Positions 51,221-64,000 of a stretch of DNA of 64,000 nucleotides are shown piece after piece (position 1 is the first letter of the stretch; every line of letters starts with the position of its first letter). The stretch spans positions 115,632,001-115,696,000 of the forward strand of contig NC_086107.1 of the NCBI RefSeq assembly GCF_963921235.1, read 5' to 3'. Origin of the DNA: Mobula hypostoma (taxonomy: Eukaryota). The notes beneath the pieces were generated by a model. That model was not told where the DNA came from and searched no databases. It saw only the letters and a program-made list of their open reading frames with translations. The translations under genes and the position numbers were made by a program.

Positions 51221-52560
51221 CCTCGCTTCTGGCTGCGTTTCGGCCCCACCCTATTTACATGCTGTATATGTAGTCACCCAGTAGGAGGGAGTAGGGTGCC
51301 CTGGTTAACCTGCTCCTGGGGCTGGCAAAGATATCTATCCGTGGGTCCTGGAGACAGGCAATGGGTTCTGACTGGGCTGACTGCCTGGCAATGTTCAGGG
51401 GTTACGTCTGTGACCGGGTCGCTGTGGAAAAAGAACCTGCTGTGTCCACGGGTACCGCGGGGGTGTCCACGGGTACTGCAGGGGTGTCCACGGGTACCGC
51501 GGGGGTGTCCACGGGTACCGCAGGGGTGTTTCACGGGTGACACGGGGGTGTCCACGGGTACCGCGGGGGTGTCCACGGGTACTGCAGGGGTGTCCACGGG
51601 TGACACGGGGGTGTCCACGGGTACCGCAGGGGTGTCCACGGGTACCGCGGGGGTGTCCACGGGTACCGCAGGGGTGTCCACGGGTGACACGGGGGTGTCC
51701 ACGGGTACCGCGGGGGTGTCCACGGGTACCGCGGGGGTGTTTCACGGGTACCGCGGGGGTGTCCACGGGTACCGCGGGGGTGTTTCACGGGTACAGCGGG
51801 GGTGTCCACGGGTACCGCAGGGGTGTTTCACGGGTGACACGGGGGTGTCCACGGGTACCGCGGGGGTGTCCACGGGTACTGCAGGGGTGTCCACGGGTAC
51901 CGCGGGGGTGTCCACGGGTACCGCAGGGGTGTTTCACGGGTACCGCGGGGGTGTCCACGGGTACCGCAGGGGTGTTTCACGGGTGACACGGGGGTGTCCA
52001 CGGGTACCGCGGGGGTGTCCACGGGTACCGCAGGGGTGTTTCACGGGTGACACGGGGGTGTCCACGGGTACCGCGGGGGTGTCCACGGGTACCGCAGGGG
52101 TGTTTCACGGGTGACACGGGGGTGTCCACGGGTACCGCGGGGGTGTCCACGGGTACCGCAGGGGTGTTTCACGGGTGACACGGGGGTGTCCACGGGTACC
52201 GCGGGGGTGTCCACGGGTACCGCAGGGGTGTTTCACGGGTACCGCGGGGGTGTCCACGGGTGACACCGAGGTGTTGCATGGGTGACAGAGTGGTGTTTCG
52301 AAACTGTTGGGTATCACGGGGAATAAATGGATAGGGATGGGAAGTTTTTAATTTACTCTGTTTTAGTCTGTTATTGTCTCTAGTGGATAGGGATGGGAAG
52401 AGTTGGGATAGGGACGGGAAGTTTTTAATTTGGTCTGTTACTGTCTCCGGTGTTTTTGTAGTAATATTATAGCAATGTAAAAGTTGCAATAACTATATTT
52501 TTGTTTAAAAAGGGAATAAATACCACCGTAGATCAGGATGGGAACATTTTAATTTGTCTG
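51221..52560 (+). mobile_element. Tx1-family 3' remnant with an internal 21-bp minisatellite (GTGTCCACGGGTACCGCGGGG)n at ~51441-52290
   Basis: 51221-51460 aligns by eye to 5620-5875 of the Tx1 element (AACCTGCTCCTGGGGCTGGC, GACTGCCTGGCAATGTTCAGGGG). The ORF end and 3'UTR resume after the array. Confidence 0.85.
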
Positions 52561-53084
52561 TCTGGATGACTGTCATTGTCTGTAGTTTGAGAGGTTTACA
52601 AGATGATAAGAGACGTACGGTAGATCAGGTTGACAGTCTTCGGCTTTTCCCCGGGGCAGAACTGGCCGAGTCGAGGGGGTATCATTTTACGGTGATTGGA
52701 AGGGGATGTCAGAGGTGGGCTTTGTATACGGAGAGTGCTGGGTGTGTGGAACACACTGCCGGGGTGATGGGAGAAGCAGATACATTCGGGACATTGAAGA
52801 GACTCCTAGACAGGCACATGGACGATAGAAAAGTGGAGGCTGTGTGGGAGGGAAGGGTCACGTTGGTCTTGTAGGTTAAAGGGCTAGTACAACACAATGG
52901 GCCGACTGGCCTGAAGTGTTCTATGCTGTAGTTCAAAGTTCAACGTACAACGTAGCAGTTACAAAAATGTATTTTGGGGGGAGAAAAGGGTATGAGGGAT
53001 GAGGATAGGAACACTGCATTTAATTTTAAAAATTAAATTAATTAACTAAATGACTTATTGATTGATTAATTTAGATTCTGCGCG

Positions 53085-53260
53085 GAACAGGACCTCCCAG
53101 TCCTCCAGGCTGTCTACACCCAATCCAACCCTCGCCGAATCATGAGCCAATTTACAATGATCAATTAACCTGCCAACTAGTACGTCTTTGGACTGTGGGA
53201 GGAAACCAGGGCACCCGGAGGAAACCCACACGCGGTCACAGGGAAAACATACAAACTCCC
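53085..53260 (-). mobile_element. V-SINE (HE1-like) fragment
   Basis: Reverse complement contains the V-domain GTGGGTTTCCTCCGGGTGCCCTGGTTTCCTCCCACAGTCCAAAGACGT. Confidence 0.75.
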
Positions 53261-53473
53261 AGACAGTAGGGTGAAATTTTGATTTAACTAGTGTTAGCCT
53301 CTAGGGTATTTGTAGCAATATTGTAAAGAGAAATAGAAATTGAAATAAATTTATTTTTGTAATTAAAAAATGAGGCCAGGAAACAAGGTGTGATCCAGTC
53401 AGCACTGAGGGATGGAGTGTCTGTGCCCTGGTCTCTGTGTATCTGGGCTGGGAACGGGGGTGCGAGTGTTTCA

Positions 53474-53920
<447 letters not shown>

Positions 53921-54079
53921 CTGTCTGTGCAAGGCTCTCCGACTGTCTGGGACCGCATGCTGGTTTGTGTACATGGGATTGCATCTGGAACTGCGTACTC
54001 ATCAGTGTACGCTGTGCTGTATTGCGCATGTTGAGACTGTGTGTAAGCAGCCCGTGATGGCACTCCCCGTCCCCCTTTA

Positions 54080-54316
<237 letters not shown>

Positions 54317-54389
54317 CTATCCCCCTCTTACTTACCTGACCCACAGCTCTGACCCCCCGGAACCCCAACTCTGACCCCCAGCCCTTTAC

Positions 54390-55065
54390 ATAGAGAGGAC
54401 TAGAATATGGGAGCAAGGATGTAATGCTGGGCTTTACAGGGCAATGGTCAGACTGCGCTGGGAGCATTGTGAGCAGTTTTGGGCCCCTTGTCTCAGAAAG
54501 GATGTGCTGGCATCGCTGAGGGCTCGGAGGTAGTTTATAGGAATAATCCAGGAATGTAAGGGTTAACATATGATGGCTCTGGGCCTGTACTCCTTGGAGT
54601 TCAGAAGAGTAAGGGGGGGATCTCACTGGAACTTACCGAATATTGAAAGGCCCAGATAGGGTGGATGTGGAGAGGATGTTTCCTGTAGTGGGGGAGTCTA
54701 GGACCTGAGGACACAGATAGAGTGGATGTGGAGAGGATGTTTCCTGTAGTGGGGGAGTCTAGGACCTGAGGGCACGGCGTCAGGATACAAGATTTCTCTT
54801 TAGAACAGAGATGAGGAGGATATTCTTTAGCCAGAGGATGGTACGTCTGAGGAATCCATCACTACAGGAGCAATGGAGACCAAGTCACTGGGTATATTTA
54901 AAGCGGAGGTTAATAGGTTTCTGATTAGTCAGGGTATCAAGGGTTACGGAGAGAAGGCAGGAGATGGGGCTTGAGAGGAATAATAAATCAGCCAAGTTGG
55001 ACTTGCAGAGAAGACTCGATGGGCTGAATGGCCTAATTCTGCTCCTATGTCTTTTGGTCTTAAGA
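54390..55065 (+). mobile_element. CR1 3' fragment with a ~60-bp internal duplication (54655-54772)
   Basis: RT C-terminus and 3'UTR similarity to other CR1 copies in the window. Confidence 0.8.
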
Positions 55066-55237
55066 ATCATGGCCCGGGTGGGGGGGATTATTGATGATAG
55101 GTGCGGCTCCCGCCCCCCCCCCCCCGGTACCGGTACCACAGACAGTGACAGACACACTGAGTCATGCCAGTTGAAATCACAGTGCAGTTTATTGTCAGAT
55201 GTGCACAGATGCAATGAAAAACTGACTTGCAGCGATA

Positions 55238-55944
55238 ACATAGAAACATAGAAAATAGGTGCAGGAGTAGGCCATTCGGCCCTTCGAGCCTGCACCGCCA
55301 TTTATTATGATCATGGCTGATCATCCAACTCAGAACCCCACCCCAGCCTTCCCTCCATACCCCCTGACCCCTGTAGCCACAAGGGCCATATCTAACTCCC
55401 TCTTAAACATAGCCAATGAACTGGCCTCAACTGTTTCCTGTGGCAGAGAATTCCACAGATTCACCACTCTCTGTGTGAAGAAGTTTTTCCTAATCTCGGT
55501 CCTAAAAATTCCCCTCTATCCTCAAACTGTGGCCCCTCGTTCTGGACTTCCCCAACATCGGGAACAATCTTCCTGCATCTAGCCTGTCCAATCCCTTTAG
55601 GATTTTATACGTTTCAATCAGATCCCCCCTCAATCTTCTAAATTCCAACGAGTACAAGCCCAGTTCATCCAGTCTTTCTTCATATGAAAGTCCTGCCATC
55701 CCAGGAATCAATCTGGTGAACCTTCTTTGTACTCCCTCAATGGCAAAGATGTCTTTCCTCAGATTAGGGGACCAAAACTGCACACAATACTCCAGGTGTG
55801 GTCTCACCAAGGCCTTGTACAACTGCAGTAGTACCTCCCTGCTCCTGTACTCGAATGCTCTCGCTATAAATGCCAGCATACCATTCGCCTTTTTCACCGC
55901 CTGCTGTACCTGCATGCCCACTTTCAATGACTGGTGTATAATGA
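55238..55944 (-). mobile_element. Young CR1 3' fragment, same subfamily as 14604-16774
   Basis: Near-identical sequence to 14604-15310. Confidence 0.92.
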
Positions 55945-56640
55945 CAGAGGCACAATAGTCACAGAAACACATCAACAGATTTTACAAGAAATAAAATCAG
56001 ACACAGACAGAGGGAGCAGGTTCTCTAGCAAAGTGATGGGACCAGTCACAGTCCTGCTGTACCGACACAGTGACTTGGCCGTGCCGGTTGGGTCAAGGAC
56101 CGAATGGCTAAAAGGAAGTCGCTGTTCCTGAACCTGGCGGTGTGGGACGTCAGGCTTCCGTACCTCCTGCCCGAGGGGAGCTGTCAGGAGATGGATGTGG
56201 GAAAAACGGGAGCAACTCAGGAAGTCACCTTGGTCAGCTCAGATGAGCTGCCCTGAAGGACCTGTTCTGTGGTAGATAACCCTGTGACGAGGGAGACCGA
56301 CCCGGGCAGGAAAGAGAAGGAATGTTGCATAGACGTTTTTCTAAGTTTGTTTTTACCTTTGAGGTCCATGTCCATAGACTCCTCAAAGTTGCTGTGCAAG
56401 TTGTTAAGAAGTTGTGTGATGTGTTGGCCTTCATTAGTCAAGCAATTCAGTTCAAGAGCCATGAGGTTGCGTTGCAGCCCGTAAAAACCCTGGATAGACC
56501 ACACTTGGAATATTGTGTTCAGTTCTGGTCACCTCATTATAGGAAGGAACTGAAAGCTTCAGAGAGGATGCACAGGAGATTTACCAGGATTCTGCCCGGA
56601 TTAGAGAACGTGTCTTACGAGGAACTAGGGCTTTGCTCTC

Positions 56641-57009
56641 TGACGGTGGTGTCTGAAAAGAGGATGCTGTCCAAGTTGCATGCCATCTTGGACAATGTCT
56701 CCCATCCACTACATAATGTACTGGGTGGGCACAGGAGTACATTCAGCCAGAGACTCATTCCACCGAGATGCAGCACAGAGCGTCATAGGAAGTCATTCCT
56801 GCCTGTGGCCATCAAACTTTACAACTCCTCCCTTGGAGGGTCAGACACCCTGAGCCAATAGACTGGTCCTGGACTTATTTCCTGGCATAGTTTACATATT
56901 ACTATTTAACTATTTATGGTTTTATTACTATTTAATTATTTATGGTGCAACTGTAACGAAAACCAATTTCCCCCGGGATCAATAAAGTATGACTATGACT
57001 ATGACTATG
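56641..57009 (+). mobile_element. Rex1/Babar-like LINE 3' end inserted in a CR1
   Basis: SHPLH...RCSTERHRKSFLPVAIKLYN, then AATAAA and a (TATGAC)n tail; splits the CR1 GLCSL|KRRKMRGD sequence. Confidence 0.7.
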
Positions 57010-57227
57010 AAAAGCGAAGGAAGATGAGAGGCGACTTGATAGATGCGTACAGGATGATAAGAGGCATAGACAGAGCAGACAGACAGCAGCTTTTTCTACC
57101 CAGGTCAGCAATAGCTGTTACAAGAGGGTGTAATTTTAGGGGAATGTAGGAAAGTATAGGGGAGATGTCAGAGGTAAGTTTTTTTTAACATAGGGAATGG
57201 TCAGTGTCTAGAACATTTTCCCCAGGA

Positions 57228-57485
57228 AGGGTGTGGGGGCTTGGAGAGGGTGTGGGGGCTTTGGAGAGGGTGTGAGCACTTTGGAGAGGGTGTGGGGGCT
57301 TTAGAGAGGGTGTGGGGGCTTGGAGAGGGTGTGGGGGCTTTGGAGAGGGTGTGGGGGCTTGGAGAGGGTGTGGGGGCTTGGAGAGGTTGCGGGGGCTTTA
57401 GAGAGGGTGTGGGGGCTTTGGAGAGGGTGTGGGGGCTTGGAGAGGGTGTGGGGGCTTGGAGAGGGTGTGGGGGCTTTGGAGAGGC
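57228..57485. repeat. 20/21-bp minisatellite (GGGTGTGGGGGCTTTGGAGA)n
   Basis: Reverse complement of the 44851-45292 unit; runs directly into CR1 RT sequence. Confidence 0.92.
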
Positions 57486-58109
57486 TGCAGAAGATGTTCA
57501 CCAGGATGCTGCCTGGATTAGAGGGTATGAGCTGTAAGCAGAAGTTGGACAAACTTGGGTCATTTTCTCTTGAGTAGCTGAGACTGAGGGGAGACCTGAT
57601 AGAGGTCCATAAGATTATGAGAGGCATTGACAGAGTTGACAGCCGATACCTTTATCTCCAGGGTGGAAATGTCTAATAGCAGATAGTAAGAGGGGGTATG
57701 TTCAAAGCAGATGTGTAAGGCATTAATTTTTGACAGAGAGAGCGGTAGCTGCCTTGACTGTACTGACCCAGCTGGTGGTGCAGGCAGGTAGAGGTGTTAA
57801 CGGGTTGATAGATAGTGTTGGATCTGGAGATAATATTGTCCTGAAGATTCCCCTGAAGTAAAAATGAGGTGTAATTCTTGCGGTTACAACCATTTTATTA
57901 ATAATAAAGAAAAAACACCAACCTGCTATTCTGCAGAAGGAAGACAAAAAAAAGGAACAAAGAAGTTGTGGTCATCGTATAGTGAAAACTAGATCAAACT
58001 AAGATAAGGAAGTTTCTCAACAAGATCAGCCTATGAGGCAGCTTGGGTTATGGTGTGGCACGGGCTGCGGATGAAGAATATACAAAAAAATACAGAAACA
58101 AACTAGAAT

Positions 58110-61100
58110 TGCAGGGGGATGGGAACCCGAGTGCAAGAGATTGTGGAGAAGGATGTTTTTAAGACTGTAGACAAAGTCAGGAATCAAAAGGTCGAGCATG
58201 GTGTGACTAAAGTCCTGAGCTGTGTATATTTCAATGCAAGAAGTATCGTAGGAAAGGTGGATGAGCCCAGGACACGGATCAACACCTAGAATTATGACAT
58301 TGTGGCCATTAGTGAGACTCAGTTTAGGAGGGGCAGGTCTGGCGGTTCAATATTCCAGGGTTCTGTTGGTTTAGACGTGAAAAAATGGGAGGGATTAAAG
58401 GAGGAGATGGAGACATTACTAGAAAGGGAAAATGTTACGGCAGTGCTCCATCAGGACAGATTGGAGAACTTGTCTAGCGAGAAATAAGAAAGGTATGATC
58501 ACCCAACAGTCCTAGGGATTTAGAGGGACAAATTTGTAAAGAGATCACAGACTGTTGCAGGAAACACAAGGTTGCTTTTAAATTTGCACATATTGACTGG
58601 GACTGCCATACTGTAAGAAGACTAGACGGGATAGAGTTTGTCAAATATATTGAGGAAAGCTCCCTGATCACAGTTTCCGTAGAAGTCACAATGAGAGAGT
58701 GATCTGCCATTGGGGACTGAGACAGGGCAGCTGTCAGAAGTTTGTGAAGGGAAACACTTTGCATCCAGTGAGCACAATGCCACTCGTTTTCAAAGTACAT
58801 ATGGTCCACAAATTGAGATTCTAGATTGGAGAAAGGCCAATTTTGATGGTATCAGAAATGATCTGGCAGTGGGGACAGACTGTTTTCTGGCAAAGGTGTA
58901 CTTAAGTGGGAGGCCTTCAAAAGTGAAATATTTGAGAGTACAAAGCTTATATGTGCCTGGCAGAATAAAATGTAAAGATAACAGGTTTAGGGAACTTTGG
59001 TTTTCAAGAGATATTGAGGCCCTGATTAAGAAAGAAAGGAGGTGCAGAGCAGGTATAGACAGGTAGGAACAAAATGAGGTACTTATAGAGTACAAAAAAT
59101 GCAAGAGAACACGGAAGAAAGAAATCAGGAAGGCTAAAAGAAGGCACGAGGTTGCCCTGGCAGACAAGGTGAAGGAGAATCCCAAGGGATTCTACAGATA
59201 TATTAAGACAAAAGGATTGCAAGGAACAAAGTTGATCCTCTGGAAGATTAGACTGGTAATCCATGTGTGGAGGCAAAACAGATGGGTGAGATATTAAATA
59301 ATTTTTTGCATCTGTATTTACTCAGGAGATGACCATAAAGTCTACAGAAGTGAGGCAAAGAGGTATCAACTTCATAGACCCAGTACAGATTACAGAGGAG
59401 GGCAGTGTACTGTCTTGAGGCAATTAGGGTGGATAAATCCCCAGGGCCTGACAACGTGTTCCCTCAGACCCTGTGGGAGGCAAGTGCAGAAATTGCTGGG
59501 GCCCTAGTAGAGATATTTAAATCATCCTTAATGACAGGAAAGGTACTGGAGGACTGGCAGATAGCCAACGTTATCCCACTGGCTCTAAGAATAAAACAGA
59601 ACATTTTAAGGCAGTGAGCCTGAGATCAGTTGTGGGAAAAGTGTTGAAAGGTATTCTAAGTGAGTATGTGAGTATTTGGATAGACATGGACTGATTAGCG
59701 ATAGTCAGCATGGTCTTGTGCATGGTAGGAAGGAAAATTGATGAAGGCAAAGCAGTGGATGTTGTCTACGTGAACTTTAGCAAGGCATTTGACAAGGTCC
59801 TGCATGGAAGGTTGGTTCAGTTGCTCGGCATTCAAGATGAGGTAGTCAATTGGATTAGACACTGTCTTTGTGGAAGAAGCCAGAGATTGGTAGTAGATGG
59901 TTGCCTCTCTGACTGAAGACCTGTGCTAGTGAAGTGCTGAAGGGATCGGTGCTGGGTCCTTTGCATCAATGATCTGGATGATAATGTGGTTAACTGGATC
60001 AGCAAATTTGTAGATGACTCCAAGATTGGGAATGTAATGTACAGCTAGGAAGACTATGAGAGCTTGCAGTGTGGTCTGGATCAGCTGGAAAATGGCAGAT
60101 GGAATTTGATGTAGAGAAGGGCGAGGTGTTTCACATCAGCAGGAGCAACCAGGGTAGGTCTTACGTGGTGAACGGGAGGGCACTGAGGAGTGTGGTAGAA
60201 CAAAGGGACCAGGGAATACAGATCCATAATTCATTGAAAGTGGTGTCACAGGTAGATAGGGTTGTAACAAAAGCTTTTGGCATGTTGGCCTTCATAAATT
60301 AATGTATTGAGCACAGGAGATGGGATGTAATGTCAAGGTTGTTTAAGACATTGGTGAGGCCTAATTTGGAGTATCGTGTGCAGGTCTGGTCACCTACCTA
60401 CAGCAAGGATGAAAATAAAATTGAAAGAGTACAGAGAAAATTTACAAGGACGTTGCTAGGTCTGCAGGATGTGAGTTATAAGGAAAATTTAATAGGTTAA
60501 TCCTGGACAGATTAGATATGGCAAAGTTATTTCCCATGGTGGGGGAGTCTAGAACAAGAGGGCACGAATTCAGGATTGAAGGACGTCCATTTAGAACAGA
60601 GATGCGGAGAAATTACTTTATCAGAGGGTGGTAAATCTGTGGAATTTGTCAGCACAAGCGGCTGTGGGGGCCAAATTATTGGGTGTATTTAAGACAGAGA
60701 TAGACAGGTTCTTGATTAGTAGAGCATCAAAGGGTATGGGGTGAAGGTAGGGGAATGAGGATGACTGGAAGAATTGGATCAGCCCATGATTGAATGGCGG
60801 AGCAGACTCGATGGGCCAAATGACCTACTCCTGCTCCTATATCTTATGGTCTTATTTTATGGTCTTAATCCTTGGAATTTAGAAGATTAAGGGGAGATTT
60901 CAAAGAGCTATACGAAATGATGAGGGGTATAGACAGGGTAAATGCAAGCAGGCTTTTTCCACTGAGGTTGGGTGGGACAACAGCCAGAGGCCATGGGTTA
61001 AGGGTGAAAGGTGAAAGGTTTAAGGGGACCATGAGGGGAAACTTCTTTTTCTTTCACTTCTTCATGAGAGTGTGAAATGAATTGCCAGCACAAGAGGTGC

Positions 61101-61130
61101 TTGTGAGCTGGATTTCAATGTTTCAGTGAC
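58110..61130 (+). mobile_element. Old, heavily mutated long CR1 (APE-RT) with a nested CR1 3' piece (~60500-60865)
   Basis: YFNARSI-, KSPGPDN-, FSKAFDKV- and KWQMEF-like motifs with many stops. Confidence 0.85.
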
Positions 61131-61199
61131 ACACCGGGCTGCAGGAATTAACTCGCTCGGTTGGCATTCCATTTTACTTATGTTGACCTTCGAGCCCCG

Positions 61200-61425
61200 C
61201 TGCCCAGGCAACCCCCAGCAAGCCGGTTAACCCAAACCCCGTCACCGGGCAATTTACGAGACCAAACAGCCAGCCCGGTACGTCTTTGGACTGTGGGAGG
61301 AAAGTGGGTGACCCGGGGAAAACCCAGGCATTCCGCGGGGAGACGGGCAGACAGTCAGTGCCGGAGGTGAACGACAGAAAGCCTCGAGCTGTAATACGGG
61401 CGCACTACCCCGGCGGCCAACGTGG
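61200..61425 (-). mobile_element. V-SINE (HE1-like), degenerate
   Basis: GTACGTCTTTGGACTGTGGGAGGAAA..CCCGGGGAAAACCCA on +, as at 53180-53230. Confidence 0.65.
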
Positions 61426-61474
61426 CCATACTGCAGGGCCCTGCTCATCACCGGGACGGCAAGTGTCAGCCTTC

Positions 61475-61830
61475 ATCCCTCTCCACCCTCAATCCCCTCA
61501 TTCACTCACACTCCCCTCCACCCTCAATCCCCTCATTCACTCACACTCCCCTCCACCCTCAATCCCCTCATTCACTCACACTCCCCTCCACCCTCAATCC
61601 CCTCATTCACTCATATCTCTCTCCACCCTCAATCCCCTCATTCACTCATATATCTCTCCACCCTCAATCCCCTCATTCACTCACACTCCCCTCCACCCTC
61701 AATCCCCTCATTCACTCACACTCCCCTCCACCCTCAATCCCCTCATTCACTCAAACCTCTCTCCACCCTCAATCCCCTCATTCACTCACACTCCCCTCCA
61801 CCCTGAATCCCCTCATTCACTCACTCCACT
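61475..61830. repeat. 35-bp minisatellite (CCCCTCCACCCTCAATCCCCTCATTCACTCACACT)n
   Basis: About 10 tandem copies. Confidence 0.93.
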
Positions 61831-62138
61831 CCATTTTCACTCCTCCTCAGTTACATCCCCTCCATCCTCACTCCCCCTTCACTCACTCACTCCTCTCTCC
61901 ATCATGCCTTCCCCTGCCTTCCCTGACCCCTCACCTTTCCCTCCACTCCCCTCCTGGTGACACACCTCTCCCTACTTCCTCAACTCCCCTGCCAACTCTC
62001 CCCTCTGCCCACCCCTCTCTGTCCCTCCTTCCTCCCACCATTCACCCCCTCACATCCCTTCATCTTCCCATGTTACTCGTCAGTCACACACAGCGTCCCC
62101 TCTCCCATCTCTCCTCCAGTCCCCCCCCACACGCTCAC

Positions 62139-62243
62139 CTTGCCGCACAGGTAGACGACACCCGTGTCCTGGTCGTAGAAGGGGATCAGAACCCCACTGC
62201 TCACATCAATCTCCTGCATCGACATTGGGTTATCCATGGATTT
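62139..62243 (-). CDS. CORO1A: Coronin-1A exon: [35 protein letters not shown]
   Basis: cttcccAG acceptor; AAG|GTGAGC donor; 105 nt; coronin SSGVL.PF.D.DT..VYLCGK motif. Confidence 0.95.
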
Positions 62244-62364
62244 CTGGGAAGGGACGGGGTGGGGAGGAATTTGGCAGGGGTCAGACGGCATGATAGGCAG
62301 CCATTAAACCCTCCCCCGACAACAACATTTCCCCACCCATTGACAGGAAAAATGTCACACCATT

Positions 62365-62790
62365 CCCCAATCATTGACACCCTCCCCCGATCATCGACTC
62401 CCTCCCCCGATCATCGTCACCCTCCCCCAATCATTGACACCCTCCCCCGATCATCGACACCCTCCCCCGATCATTGACACCCTCCCCCGGTCATTGACAC
62501 CGTCCCTCGATCATTGACACCCTCCCCCGATCATCGACACCCTCCCCCGATCATTGACACCCTCCCCCGATCATTGACACCGTCCCTCGATCGACACCCT
62601 CCCCTGACCCTCGACACCCTCCCCCGATCATTGACACCGTCCCTCGATCGACACCCTCCCCTGACCCTCGACACCCTCCCCGATCATTGACACCCTCCCC
62701 TGATCATTGACACCGTCCCTCGATCATCAACACCCTCCCCTGACCCTCGACACCCTCCCCCTGACCCTCGACACCCTCCCCCGATCATCC
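62365..62790. repeat. 20-bp minisatellite (TCATTGACACCCTCCCCCGA)n
   Basis: Seen directly. Confidence 0.92.
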
Positions 62791-63222
62791 TCCAACATTC
62801 ACTCCTCTCCCTTCCTTCCTCTTTCCACCTCACCCCTCCATCTTTTTTCCATCCTCATTCTCCCTCCCTCAGCCTCACCCTCCTCTCCCCCACTCCTCCT
62901 TTCCCATCTTCCTCTCCCCTCCCTCTCCCTACCTCACTATCTCTTCTTCCCATCTACACCCCCTCTCCCTCCCAATCCCTCACACTCCTCTGTCCTCAGT
63001 CTATCCCCACTCCTCCATGAACCTCTTTCTCCCTCTCCCCATACTCACCGGGTCCCACAGTCCCTTACCCCACCATCCCCCCATCCCCTGTCCCCCATCC
63101 CCCTCCCCTCTCACCCCACTCCCCTCCCCGCGCTCACCGGGTCCCACAGTCCCCTAGCCCACCATCCCCCTCCCACTCCCCCGTCCCCCCATGCCCCCCA
63201 TCACCCGTCCCCCACCCCTTCA

Positions 63223-64000
<778 letters not shown>

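Larger units (their letters stand above)
56365..57720 (+). mobile_element. CR1 fragments containing a Rex1-like insertion and a 21-bp minisatellite
   Basis: RPHLEYCVQFWSPHYRK, MRGDLID and LERLQKMFTRMLPGL. Confidence 0.8.

Noticed and set aside
50753..52114. 453-aa ORF with VSTGTAG repeats (adhesin- or antifreeze-like)
   Set aside because: Read-through of a 21-bp array within a Tx1 remnant, antisense in a CORO1A intron.

Overview
Repeat-rich vertebrate genomic DNA, most likely from a cartilaginous fish (inferred from HE1/V-SINE-like, CR1 and minisatellite content). Three host genes can be read by hand from splice sites. (1) The last three coding exons of an unidentified + strand gene (6994-10684), whose tail carries YEKM and YSNV tyrosine motifs. 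(2) A complete 93-aa BOLA2 (+, 24361-38755). (3) The 3' six exons of coronin-1A (-, 63366-40037), tail-to-tail with BOLA2 as at human 16p11.2. The rest is mostly retroelements: a near full-length but disabled Tx1-clade LINE (1-6041) whose poly(A) abuts a 52-bp minisatellite, many CR1 LINEs (some nested), L1-, Rex1- and RTE-like pieces, V-SINEs, and short elements with degenerate hammerhead-ribozyme cores. More than a dozen tandem arrays are present, and several demonstrably arose from retroelement sequence. The long P/G/E-rich ORFs in the track are repeat artefacts. All gene identities come from remembered family sequences; no database search was run.
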